NCBI GenBank assembly: GCA_964515945.1
Contig: CAZEWY010000001.1
Span: forward strand, 100-64,099
DNA from: an uncultured Cellvibrionaceae bacterium
GTDB lineage: Bacteria; Pseudomonadota; Gammaproteobacteria; Pseudomonadales; Cellvibrionaceae
Length of the DNA: 64,000 nt
Direction of reading: 5' to 3'
The stretch's first letter is position 1. Every line of letters begins with the position of its first letter. Shown here piece by piece: positions 1 to 9,104 of the stretch. Position numbers and translations under genes: made by a program. Below the pieces are notes generated by a model that saw nothing but the letters and a program-made list of their open reading frames with translations, did not search any database and was not told the DNA's origin.

Positions 1-424
1 CCAACCTTTGTATGGCATCCTTAAACGCCTCCGGCGGTTGCCCACCGACCAAGGCTTCCCTGTCATTGAACACGATTGTCGGCACAGCATTTACACCACG
101 GCTCATCCAGAACTGCTCACGTTGGCGAACCTCGTTTGTGTAGGCGCCGGTTTCAAGCACTTCGCGCGCTTCGTCGAGGTCCAGCCCTGCCTCGCCTGCC
201 ATTTCCACCAGTGTCTCATGGTCACTGGGGTCTCGTCCCTCACTTTGATACGCCGCGAGCAACCGCTCCTTCAACGCCTGCTGACGCCCTTGCAGACGCG
301 CCCAGTGCAATAGTCTGTGAGCGTCGAAGGTGTTATAGATGCGGCTCTGGTCAGTCATCCACCCCACCGCACACCATGGACAGGCCACATCTGAAATGAA
401 GTTTATCTTGAGGGATTTTGCCAT
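1..424 (-). CDS. DsbA-family (FrnE / 2-hydroxychromene-2-carboxylate isomerase-like) thiol oxidoreductase. The C-terminus runs off the window, and there may be an in-frame internal deletion.
   Basis: My own translation of the minus strand from ATG at 424 gives MAKSLKINFISDVACPWCAVGWMTDQSRIYNTFDAHRLLHWARLQGRQQALKERLL...GVNAVPTIVFND...GGQPPEAF. It has the CPWC active site and the C-terminal GVxxVP motif. It is absent from the ORF track because there is no stop inside the window. Confidence 0.75.
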   Translation of the reverse strand, partial: MAKSLKINFISDVACPWCAVGWMTDQSRIYNTFDAHRLLHWARLQGRQQALKERLLAAYQSEGRDPSDHETLVEMAGEAGLDLDEAREVLETGAYTNEVRQREQFWMSRGVNAVPTIVFNDREALVGGQPPEAFKDAIQRL

Positions 425-649
425 GACTCCTCCCGCTGCACAGGTTCAATTTGGTTTCGCCAGGTTTCTCAAATTTCGTGCCGTCGACCGTGGCAATAGG
501 TTGGCTGCACTTGTTCATTGATGGCGTCAATTTCACTTGGCTCGCCTTTCTACTGATATAGTCTCACATCTGCCCAATTGGTCTGTGACACTAATTCAGG
601 CGTTCTGGTCTAATGCGTTGCCAGCCGGATACGGGAGATATCACAGGGA

Positions 650-1255
650 ATGAACACATCATCAGTTACCAACCGTTTGAACTTTGCGGCACAGATCGTT
701 GTTGTCGCAGGTTTTGTTTCCGCCTTCTGGTATCGACACTGGCTAGCTGGCATCGCCTGCATCGGCATTCTGGTGCTGATGAATGTTCCTTTGCTTATCC
801 GCAAGGGCGTACCAATTCCTCTTTCCCCCAATACACGGGTATTGATGTCACTTCTACTCTTCGCGTGGCTGTTTTTGGGTGAGTTACGCGATTACTTTGG
901 CCAAATAGCCTGGTGGGACTTGTTTCTACACGGGTTTGCCGGAGCAGTCATCGCTCTCGTGGGTGTTCGTCTGGGCAACACAATGACAGCGAATGATAAA
1001 CCTCTTCGCCTTCGCTATGCCTTCGCCGGCGCATTCGGCTTTTCCCTTGCGATGGCCATCGGCTCACTTTGGGAAGTTCTGGAGTTTACTATCGACAAGC
1101 TGCTTGATCGAGAAATCCTCAAGCCCATGCTCGGCGATTCATCCGGACTGACCGACACCATATTTGATTTGATAGCCGATGCCACAGGTGCCCTTCTCGC
1201 CTGTATATATGGATTGTTCCGTTTTGCACAGAGCGGAAATAGTCATATTAGGTAA
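650..1255 (+). CDS. Integral membrane protein, family not confidently recognised (possibly YjdF/DUF2238-like)
   Basis: ORF track 201 aa. It has several hydrophobic helices (AAQIVVVAGFVSAFWY, IACIGILVLMNVPLL, LMSLLLFAWLFLG, FLHGFAGAVIALVGV, FGFSLAMAIGSLW, GALLACIYGLF). Confidence 0.6.
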   Translation: MNTSSVTNRLNFAAQIVVVAGFVSAFWYRHWLAGIACIGILVLMNVPLLIRKGVPIPLSPNTRVLMSLLLFAWLFLGELRDYFGQIAWWDLFLHGFAGAVIALVGVRLGNTMTANDKPLRLRYAFAGAFGFSLAMAIGSLWEVLEFTIDKLLDREILKPMLGDSSGLTDTIFDLIADATGALLACIYGLFRFAQSGNSHIR

Positions 1256-1370
1256 CGCTGATACCGATAACCGCCCAGTTTGATATCGATGCGACTGACG
1301 TTTTCGGATTTCCATTACATCGCATAGGTGTTCAGGCCTTCAATGAAAGGTATAGCTCTCCCATCTGCCC

Positions 1371-2138
1371 CTACCCAGGTAAAAAGGCCCGTCCCTTGTC
1401 CGACTCAATTTCCACGATGCAGTGCCTGTACAACCGGTGCAAATAGTCTTCGCACAGCATGTCACCGGTGGTACCGCAGACAATTTCACCATCGCCCAGT
1501 AGCAGAATCAGATGATCACAAAAGCGGGCGGCAAGGTTGATATCGTGCAGAGTCATCACCAGCAGGCCTTGGGTGTCGCGAACCTGCTGCGTAAACAGGT
1601 TCAGCAGGCTGATCTGAAAATGCAGGTCGAGGTGATTGGTGGGCTCGTCCAGTAGCATGGCCTGGGGCGACTGGGTGAGGATGCCGGCGAGCGCCAAGCG
1701 TTGGCGTTCGCCACCGGATAGGGTATCGACCTGACGGTCGGCCATGCCATCCAGCGCAACGGCTTGCAGGGCGGCTTTTGCCAGGGCGACATCCTCATCG
1801 GTTTCCATTCGCCAGGCGGGCGTGTATGGGTGGCGGCCGATCAGGGTGGTTTCCAGTACTGTAGCGGGAAAGGCATCGTGGTTGTCCTGTATCAGCACAC
1901 CCACTGTTTGTGCGAATTTGTGCCTGGGCCAGTCGCTGGCAGGTTTATCCTGTAGCTTTACGATTCCCCCATCTGGCGAGCGGAGGTTGGCCAAGGTGTG
2001 CAGGAGTGTGGTTTTCCCCACGCCATTCTGACCCAGAATGCCCCAGCATTGGCCGGATTCAAATGACAGACTGAAGTTTTGGCAAACGCGCTTGCCGCCA
2101 ATGGCTATGGCGAGATCGGTGCAGGACAGCAGGCTCAT
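1371..2138 (-). CDS. btuD: ABC transporter ATP-binding protein, FecE/BtuD type (vitamin B12/iron-complex import)
   Basis: Walker A GQNGVGKTT, signature LSGGERQR, Walker B LLLDEPTNHLD. It has a 4-nt stop/start overlap with the upstream permease gene. The B12 assignment comes from context with the BtuF-like gene. Confidence 0.8.
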   Translation of the reverse strand: MSLLSCTDLAIAIGGKRVCQNFSLSFESGQCWGILGQNGVGKTTLLHTLANLRSPDGGIVKLQDKPASDWPRHKFAQTVGVLIQDNHDAFPATVLETTLIGRHPYTPAWRMETDEDVALAKAALQAVALDGMADRQVDTLSGGERQRLALAGILTQSPQAMLLDEPTNHLDLHFQISLLNLFTQQVRDTQGLLVMTLHDINLAARFCDHLILLLGDGEIVCGTTGDMLCEDYLHRLYRHCIVEIESDKGRAFLPG

Positions 2139-3112
2139 AAACTGCGCGCTCCCCGGTTGAGAATAAACAGGTAAAGCGGCACGCCGATCAATGCCGTCAC
2201 CACACCCACCGGTAGTTGCTGGGGTGCAATGATTGTGCGGGCCAGCGTGTCGGAAAGCATCAGCAGGCTGCCACCCAGCAGCACGGAACCTGGCAGCAGC
2301 AGGCGGTGGTCACCGGCGCCGAGCAGGCGCAGCATGTGGGGCACCACGAGGCCGACAAAGCCCACGGTGCCGGCCACGGTTACCGCGCTGGCCGTGAGCA
2401 GGGAGGCGAGAAAATAGAGGCTCAGCCGCAAGGGCTGTACAGGGACTCCCAAGGCGCGGGCCTGCAAATCACCTCTGGATAGAACATTGAGGTGACGTGC
2501 CACCGCCAGGCTGGCGATCACGCCCAGCAGCAACACCAGCAGGCTCCAGTGAGGCATACTGGTGTTCGCCAGATCGCCCATCAGCCAGAAGAGCATACTG
2601 TGCAATTGTTTGTCCGGGCTGGTGGCCAGCAAGAAGCTGATGATGGCACCCCAGCCGGCAGCGACCACCACGCCGGTCAACAACAAACGCAAGGTACTCC
2701 AGCCGCCGCGCCCATGGGCCAGGCCGAAGACCAGCAGCATGGACAATATGGCGCCCATGAATGCGCTTCCGGACATCCAGAAACCGCCGAGACCGGCGGT
2801 GATGGCCAGCAGTGCCGCCACGGCGGCACCGCCGGAAATTCCCAAAATGTACGGATCCGCCAGCGGGTTGCGCAACAATACCTGCATCAGTGCGCCCGCC
2901 AGCGCCAGCAGACCACCCACCACAAACGCCGCCGCCGCGCGGGGCAGGCGCAGCTCCCAGACGACACTGTGCTGAATGCTGTCTGCATCAAACCAAAGCG
3001 CTGTCACTACATCTGCCCACGACAATGGCAAGCTGCCGGTCGTCAGTGAGACCAACAAGGCTGCCAGACTGACACAGATCAGACCGGGGATGAGAATCAG
3101 GGGTTTTTGCAT
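2135..3112 (-). CDS. btuC: FecCD/BtuC-family ABC permease
   Basis: Multi-TM protein with LRLPR and GFVGLVVPHMLR motifs typical of FecCD permeases. I moved the start to ATG 3112 (MQKPLILIPG...) because the 5' extension of the track ORF only translates the heptamer repeat (THYSLLITHY). Confidence 0.8.
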   Translation of the reverse strand: MQKPLILIPGLICVSLAALLVSLTTGSLPLSWADVVTALWFDADSIQHSVVWELRLPRAAAAFVVGGLLALAGALMQVLLRNPLADPYILGISGGAAVAALLAITAGLGGFWMSGSAFMGAILSMLLVFGLAHGRGGWSTLRLLLTGVVVAAGWGAIISFLLATSPDKQLHSMLFWLMGDLANTSMPHWSLLVLLLGVIASLAVARHLNVLSRGDLQARALGVPVQPLRLSLYFLASLLTASAVTVAGTVGFVGLVVPHMLRLLGAGDHRLLLPGSVLLGGSLLMLSDTLARTIIAPQQLPVGVVTALIGVPLYLFILNRGARSL

Positions 3113-3118
3113 GTTTGG

Positions 3119-3153
3119 GTAATGAGTAATGAGTAATGAGTAATGAGTGAGTA
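3119..3153. repeat. Tandem heptamer array (GTAATGA)x4 plus one degenerate unit
   Basis: Read directly: gtaatga gtaatga gtaatga gtaatga gtgagta. It lies in the divergent btuC/btuF intergenic region, 6 nt upstream of the btuC ATG. Confidence 0.9.
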
Positions 3154-3221
3154 TGGAGCGGCAAGCGGGGCGCTGCAACCCGAGCATTTGGGTTAGTATA
3201 ATCGCCTCAAAGGGCAGACAT

Positions 3222-4121
3222 ATGAAGATGATGAAACAATCCTGTTACGCACTGCTGCTAGCCGCTTTGATCTCCACGTTGCAGGCGGTGGCCGCGCCCA
3301 TAGAGGTCATCGATGATGCCGGGCGAACGGTAGCACTCAACCAACCGGCCCAGCGCATTGTCAGCCTCGCGCCTCATATTACCGAAATGCTATTTTCCGC
3401 CGGTGCCGGCGACAGAATTGTGGGCACTGTGGCCTTCAGCGATTACCCGGAAGCGGCAAAGCAAATTCCCCAAATTGGCAGCTACCAACATCTGGATTTT
3501 GAGCGTATTACCGCATCGAGGCCGGATCTGATTGTCGGCTGGAAAAGCGGCAATCCTCTGGCGGCACTGGAACATCTGGAAAACCTGGGATTCACGCTTT
3601 TTTTAAGCGAGCCGCGAGTCATTGGGGATATCGCGGACAATATCGAGAAGCTGGCCCAACTGACAGCAACGGAAGCGGTCGCACGAAAAAGTATCCAGCC
3701 GTTTCGCGACGGGCTGCGAAAGCTGGCGGCGCGGTATGGCGACGCCGCGCCCGTCACAGTTTTTTATGAAATCTGGCATCAGCCCATGATGACGTTGAAT
3801 GGTGAACATATCGTGTCCAATGTCATCGGTCTTTGCGGTGGGCGCAACGTATTTGCAGCGTTATCCAATCTCGCCCCCCGTGTCGGTATTGAGGCGGTGC
3901 TGCGACAAAACCCGCAGGTTATTATTGCCAGCGGCAGTGGCAGCGAACGGCCCGAATGGCTGGATGACTGGAAGCAATGGCCGAGCCTGCGGGCCGTAAA
4001 AAATAACCATCTGTTTTCCATTCCACCGGATATTATCCAGCGCCACAGTTTGCGCATTTTGCAGGGCGCGGAACTCCTGTGCGATCAATTGGAGCAGGTG
4101 CGACGGGAATCTGGCTTATAG
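3222..4121 (+). CDS. btuF: Periplasmic cobalamin-binding protein (BtuF-like class III substrate-binding protein)
   Basis: Signal peptide MKMMKQSCYALLLAALISTLQAVAAP. It is colinear with BtuF-type proteins (IVSLAPHITEMLFSAGAGDRIVG, SDYPEAA, RPDLIVGW, VCGGRNVF). I chose ATG 3222 rather than the track start 3147. Confidence 0.8.
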   Translation: MKMMKQSCYALLLAALISTLQAVAAPIEVIDDAGRTVALNQPAQRIVSLAPHITEMLFSAGAGDRIVGTVAFSDYPEAAKQIPQIGSYQHLDFERITASRPDLIVGWKSGNPLAALEHLENLGFTLFLSEPRVIGDIADNIEKLAQLTATEAVARKSIQPFRDGLRKLAARYGDAAPVTVFYEIWHQPMMTLNGEHIVSNVIGLCGGRNVFAALSNLAPRVGIEAVLRQNPQVIIASGSGSERPEWLDDWKQWPSLRAVKNNHLFSIPPDIIQRHSLRILQGAELLCDQLEQVRRESGL

Positions 4122-4129
4122 CCTCGGCA

Positions 4130-5104
4130 CTACCGATTGTGGGGCTCATCCAGTTTGAGTTCCGGTCCCACCGGCACTATGCGGGTGGGGTTGATGGTGT
4201 CGTGGCTGTAGTAATAGTGATGCTTGATATGGTCCAGATGCACGGTTTCCGCCACGCCGGGCCACTGGTAGAGCTGACGCAGATAGTTGGACAGATTTGA
4301 AAAATCCGCGATGCGCTGGCGGTTGCATTTGAAGTGGCCGAAGTAAACCGCGTCGAAGCGTATCAGCGTGGTGAACAGTCGCCAATCGGCTTCGGTGATC
4401 TGATCTCCCGCCAGAAAGGCCCGACGATCCAGAATGGCCTCCACCTCATCCAGCGCGGCAAATAGATGTTTGTAGGCCTTTTCGTACTTGTCCTGACGGG
4501 TGGCGAAGCCTGATCGGTAAACGCCATTGTTGATATTGTTGTAGACCTTGTCGTTGATGGCGTTGATCTGGTCGCGCAAGGATTCCGGATAAAAATCGTG
4601 TGGACTTTTCGCCAGTCCGGCAAAACCGGAATTGAGGATACGGATGATGTCCGCGGATTCATTGTTGACGATGGTTTCCCGCTGTTTGTCCCAGAGCACC
4701 GGCACGGTTACCCGGCCGGAGTAATCCGCCTTGTTGCGGGTATAGAGCTGGTGGAGATAATCCAGGCCATAAAGAGGCTCGCCCTTTATACCGAAACTGC
4801 TGTCGGGCGTGAATTCCCAGCCGTTGCTGAGCATATGCGGGTGAACCGGCGTCACCCCAATCACATCCTGCAACCCCAACAAACTGCGGAATATCAGGGT
4901 CCGATGCGCCCAGGGGCAGGCATAGGAGACATAGAGGTGATAACGGCCGGGTTCGGCTTTGAAACCGCCCTCACCGGTGGGGCCGGCACTGCCGTCCGCC
5001 GTTATCCAGTTGCGGAACTGGGCATCCTCGCGCACGAATTCACCACCGGTTTTCTCGGTGTTGTACCATTGATCCTGCCATTCGCCTTTTACCAGTAAGC
5101 CCAT
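4130..5104 (-). CDS. yqjG: Xi-class glutathione S-transferase / glutathionyl-hydroquinone reductase (YqjG family)
   Basis: GRYHLYVSYACPWAHRT with the CPWA active site, 324 aa. The N-terminal MGLLVKGEWQDQWY is typical of the family. Confidence 0.85.
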   Translation of the reverse strand: MGLLVKGEWQDQWYNTEKTGGEFVREDAQFRNWITADGSAGPTGEGGFKAEPGRYHLYVSYACPWAHRTLIFRSLLGLQDVIGVTPVHPHMLSNGWEFTPDSSFGIKGEPLYGLDYLHQLYTRNKADYSGRVTVPVLWDKQRETIVNNESADIIRILNSGFAGLAKSPHDFYPESLRDQINAINDKVYNNINNGVYRSGFATRQDKYEKAYKHLFAALDEVEAILDRRAFLAGDQITEADWRLFTTLIRFDAVYFGHFKCNRQRIADFSNLSNYLRQLYQWPGVAETVHLDHIKHHYYYSHDTINPTRIVPVGPELKLDEPHNR

Positions 5105-5186
5105 GCCGGAATCTCCTTATGTAAACTTAATGAAACGAGGGGCTTTATTGTACAAGCCTTGCGCCTTAAACTGGTGTTTTGGCTGA

Positions 5187-6209
<1,023 letters not shown>

Positions 6210-6218
6210 GTAGAGCTG

Positions 6219-7493
6219 CTATTCCCGCGGTGCATCCTTACGAAGCAGGTTGTCATCCGCGTGGGTGCGGCTTTCAACATCGACCTGTTCCTTGATGTAG
6301 GTTTCCACCGAAACATCCGGCTCAACCTCTACACTGTCTGTTGGTATCGCCGGCTCACCGCCTTTGATCGCATTTTTCACCCGATGGATAGCCTCGCTTT
6401 TCACCTTGGCAAAGTTGGACCGGGCCTGGTCCATCCATCCCGCACAGTGCAGGCTGACACCTGCCGCCGTCAATTGGCGGACCAGCACTGAGGGCGGCGG
6501 CGTTTGGAGGAGCCCGGGCGTATTGCCGAGTGCATCGAGAATTAATTGTTGAGTGCGCCCGATGTCTTCCGACATGGTTATTTCGATATCGAAATTCAAT
6601 TGCCGGATCGGATTGCGGCTGTAATTGAGAATCACACTCTTGAACACCAGCGCATTGGGCAGCCGCAAATGGTTACCATCCAGCGTTATCAGCGACGTTG
6701 CCCTGGAAGTCAATGCTGCCACACGGCCCTCATGGCCCTCGATCACTACGTGGTCGTGGGGCGCAAACGGCTGCCGCAGACTGAGCAAAATACCGGCGAT
6801 ATAGTTTTCCACCAGGTCTTTAAAGGCAAAACCCAATGCGAGCCCGACAATACCCGCCGCGCCCAGCACCGCGCTCACCAGAGCCGTTGCGCCCAGTAGA
6901 TTGAGAGCGACGAGTATCCCTGCACCAAGCACCGCTACGCGTAGAGCCTGCCGCAGCAAATCCGCCAGAAAGGGATTGCGGAAATTCCGGTAGGGCCACT
7001 GCCAACTCCGGATCAGACGACCCAGCCAATCAGCCGCGAAGATAATGACTGCCGCTACCAACAGCAGCGGCAGAGTCATGACCAGACGCTTGAGACGCAT
7101 CAAGCCGTCCACCAGCACAGGCGCCAGGCGTCGGTCCAGGGCCGTGTCGATTTGCAGGCGGTTGTCCACGGCAACCACATTCTCGAGCTTTCCGGCAAGC
7201 TGAGCCGCCAGCGCCCGGTCGGGCTGGTCATCCACCAGCCCGGTCAGCGTCACCAGGCCCGCCGTCACCTCCACCTCAACCTTTCCCAGGGATTCCACCC
7301 GCGCAAGGCGCGCATTCAGTTTTTCTTCGATGAGCTGATCCTGGCGCGCCGTCTCCCGCACTTCCGCCGCAACGGATTCGTCCTGCTGAGCAAGCTCCTT
7401 GGCGGCGTCCGGCTTTTGGCTAGCGTCAGCCAGCGCGGGAAGCATCGCGAAGAGGACAATGATTGTAAAAACCCGTTGCTGGTGTTGCTTCAT
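6219..7493 (-). CDS. Mechanosensitive ion channel (MscS family) with N-terminal BON domain
   Basis: Signal-like MKQHQQRVFTIIVLFAMLPALADA, BON-like VTAGLVTLTGLVDDQPDRALAAQLAGKLENVVAVDNRL, TM helices, and the MscS beta domain VVIEGHEGRVAALTSRATSLITLDGNHLRLPN. I set the start to ATG 7493; the track start is 7550. Confidence 0.85.
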   Translation of the reverse strand: MKQHQQRVFTIIVLFAMLPALADASQKPDAAKELAQQDESVAAEVRETARQDQLIEEKLNARLARVESLGKVEVEVTAGLVTLTGLVDDQPDRALAAQLAGKLENVVAVDNRLQIDTALDRRLAPVLVDGLMRLKRLVMTLPLLLVAAVIIFAADWLGRLIRSWQWPYRNFRNPFLADLLRQALRVAVLGAGILVALNLLGATALVSAVLGAAGIVGLALGFAFKDLVENYIAGILLSLRQPFAPHDHVVIEGHEGRVAALTSRATSLITLDGNHLRLPNALVFKSVILNYSRNPIRQLNFDIEITMSEDIGRTQQLILDALGNTPGLLQTPPPSVLVRQLTAAGVSLHCAGWMDQARSNFAKVKSEAIHRVKNAIKGGEPAIPTDSVEVEPDVSVETYIKEQVDVESRTHADDNLLRKDAPRE

Positions 7494-7694
7494 AAAAGCC
7501 CTTGCCCGTTGTGCTGCCGGCACTAATTTCGAGATCAACCACTGCGTCATGCAATGTTTTAGCCGAAGTATCCACTGTGCCAGCGGCTAATAGGGAACCG
7601 GAACCGAGGTCCACCCCAGGGGTCCAAAATTACCAGCGGCGCGAACCTTCCACTACATTAGCCCGTACCATGGAACATCCATCGCGGAGGCGTC

Positions 7695-9041
7695 ATGTCA
7701 TTACCGGATAATCTCCATCCTGCTCCCGGCATTCGCCGGAAAAATATTTTCATACTCGGTCACGATGAAAAGCACCAGCAGGACGTGCTGGATATTAATG
7801 ACGCCTGTCATGTGCGCATTCACGGATTGCTGAGTTCCGAAGAGCTTATCAATCTCGATAGCTACGATATTGACCAAATGCTGGACAGAGCTCGGGCCAT
7901 TCTCGACAAATTTGACACGGTGGACGGCATCGTCTGTCACTGGGACTTTCCTGTTACCTCCATACACAGCATCCTCTGTGCCGAATACAGGTTGCCAGCT
8001 CCATCCCTGGCATCACTATTGAAATGCGATCACAAATACTGGAGTCGGTTGGAACAACAAAAGGCGGCACCTGAAAATACGCCGGATTTTTGCGCCGTTG
8101 ATCCATTCGACGATCAGGCACTGGATAAAGTCACTCTCGACTTTCCCTTCTGGATAAAGCCGGTAAAAGGCTACAGCTCCATGCTCGGCTTTCGGATCAA
8201 CAATGCCAAAGATTTTGAAAATGCCATGGCGGAAACCCGGCGCACCATCAAAACACTGGGCGATCCTTTCAACAACATTCTGCACCGGATCCAGTTGCCT
8301 GTGGAGCTGCAAAATATTGACGGCAATACCATGATTGCGGAGCAATATATCACCGGAATGGAGTTTGCACCGGAAGGTTATGTTCAGAAGGGCGAGTGCC
8401 ATGTGCATGGGCTGATTGACATGGTGATCGGTGAAAATGGCAAAAGTTTTGAACGTTATGAATATCCCAGTACGGCACCGGAATCGGTTCAGAACCGCGC
8501 CATTGAAGTCTGCGACAAGGTCATGAAGCAGATTGGTTTTGACAACGGCTGCTTCAATATCGAGTTTTTCTGGAACAGGGAAACCGATAAACTTTGGATA
8601 GTGGAGATCAATCCACGTATTTCGCAATCCCACTCCTACCTCTTCGAGAAAGTGAAGGGCATGTCCAATCATGAAGTCGCCATCAGCGTGGCTCTGGGGG
8701 AACAGCCGCACTTTGATCAGAGCATGGGCCCTTTCAAACGTGCCGCAAAGTTTCTTCACAGACGCTACGACAAACGCAACATGATTGCGACGCAGGTTCC
8801 CGAGCAGGCAGATATCGAAGCTTTCCAGAAAGAACAACCGGATACGCTTGTATACCCCCGGCTGCAACAGGGCATGCAATTGGCCGAAATGAAGGAACAG
8901 GATCCCTATAGCTATGTGATAGCGGATATTCTGATCGCCGCCCAGAGCCGGGACGAATTGGAGCAGAAGTACCGACAGGCATCGGCACGGTTGCCGTTTG
9001 ATTTTACGCCCTTGTCTAGCAACTATAAGTCTAGTAACTGA
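7695..9041 (+). CDS. ATP-grasp domain protein (carboxylate-amine ligase-like), substrate unknown
   Basis: 448 aa with ATP-grasp-like segments FPFWIKPVKGYSSMLGF, MIAEQYITGMEF and NIEFFWNRETDKLWIVEINPRISQSH. A GGAGG lies just upstream of the ATG. Confidence 0.8.
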   Translation: MSLPDNLHPAPGIRRKNIFILGHDEKHQQDVLDINDACHVRIHGLLSSEELINLDSYDIDQMLDRARAILDKFDTVDGIVCHWDFPVTSIHSILCAEYRLPAPSLASLLKCDHKYWSRLEQQKAAPENTPDFCAVDPFDDQALDKVTLDFPFWIKPVKGYSSMLGFRINNAKDFENAMAETRRTIKTLGDPFNNILHRIQLPVELQNIDGNTMIAEQYITGMEFAPEGYVQKGECHVHGLIDMVIGENGKSFERYEYPSTAPESVQNRAIEVCDKVMKQIGFDNGCFNIEFFWNRETDKLWIVEINPRISQSHSYLFEKVKGMSNHEVAISVALGEQPHFDQSMGPFKRAAKFLHRRYDKRNMIATQVPEQADIEAFQKEQPDTLVYPRLQQGMQLAEMKEQDPYSYVIADILIAAQSRDELEQKYRQASARLPFDFTPLSSNYKSSN

Positions 9042-9074
9042 GAGCCTAGCAGCTAAAAACCGAGCAATTAAAGG
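9015..9074. repeat. Degenerate 15-bp tandem repeat x4 spanning the ATP-grasp stop codon
   Basis: tctagcaactataag / tctagtaactgagag / cctagcagctaaaaa / ccgagcaattaaagg, read directly. Confidence 0.6.
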
Positions 9075-9104
9075 AATATATTCACGCAGAAGAGGAGTTT
9101 TTCC

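Noticed and set aside
2135-3187. Track start 3187 for the BtuC-like permease
   Set aside because: The extra 25 residues (..THYSLLITHY..) are just the translated heptamer repeat and would overlap the btuF promoter region. ATG 3112 gives a typical hydrophobic N-terminus, though it lacks an obvious SD.
3113-3221. Cobalamin riboswitch expected upstream of btu genes, and likewise upstream of metE at 20034-20114
   Set aside because: The intergenic regions are only about 110 and 80 bp, and they contain none of the B12-box/GGGAA...GCCACUG core elements.
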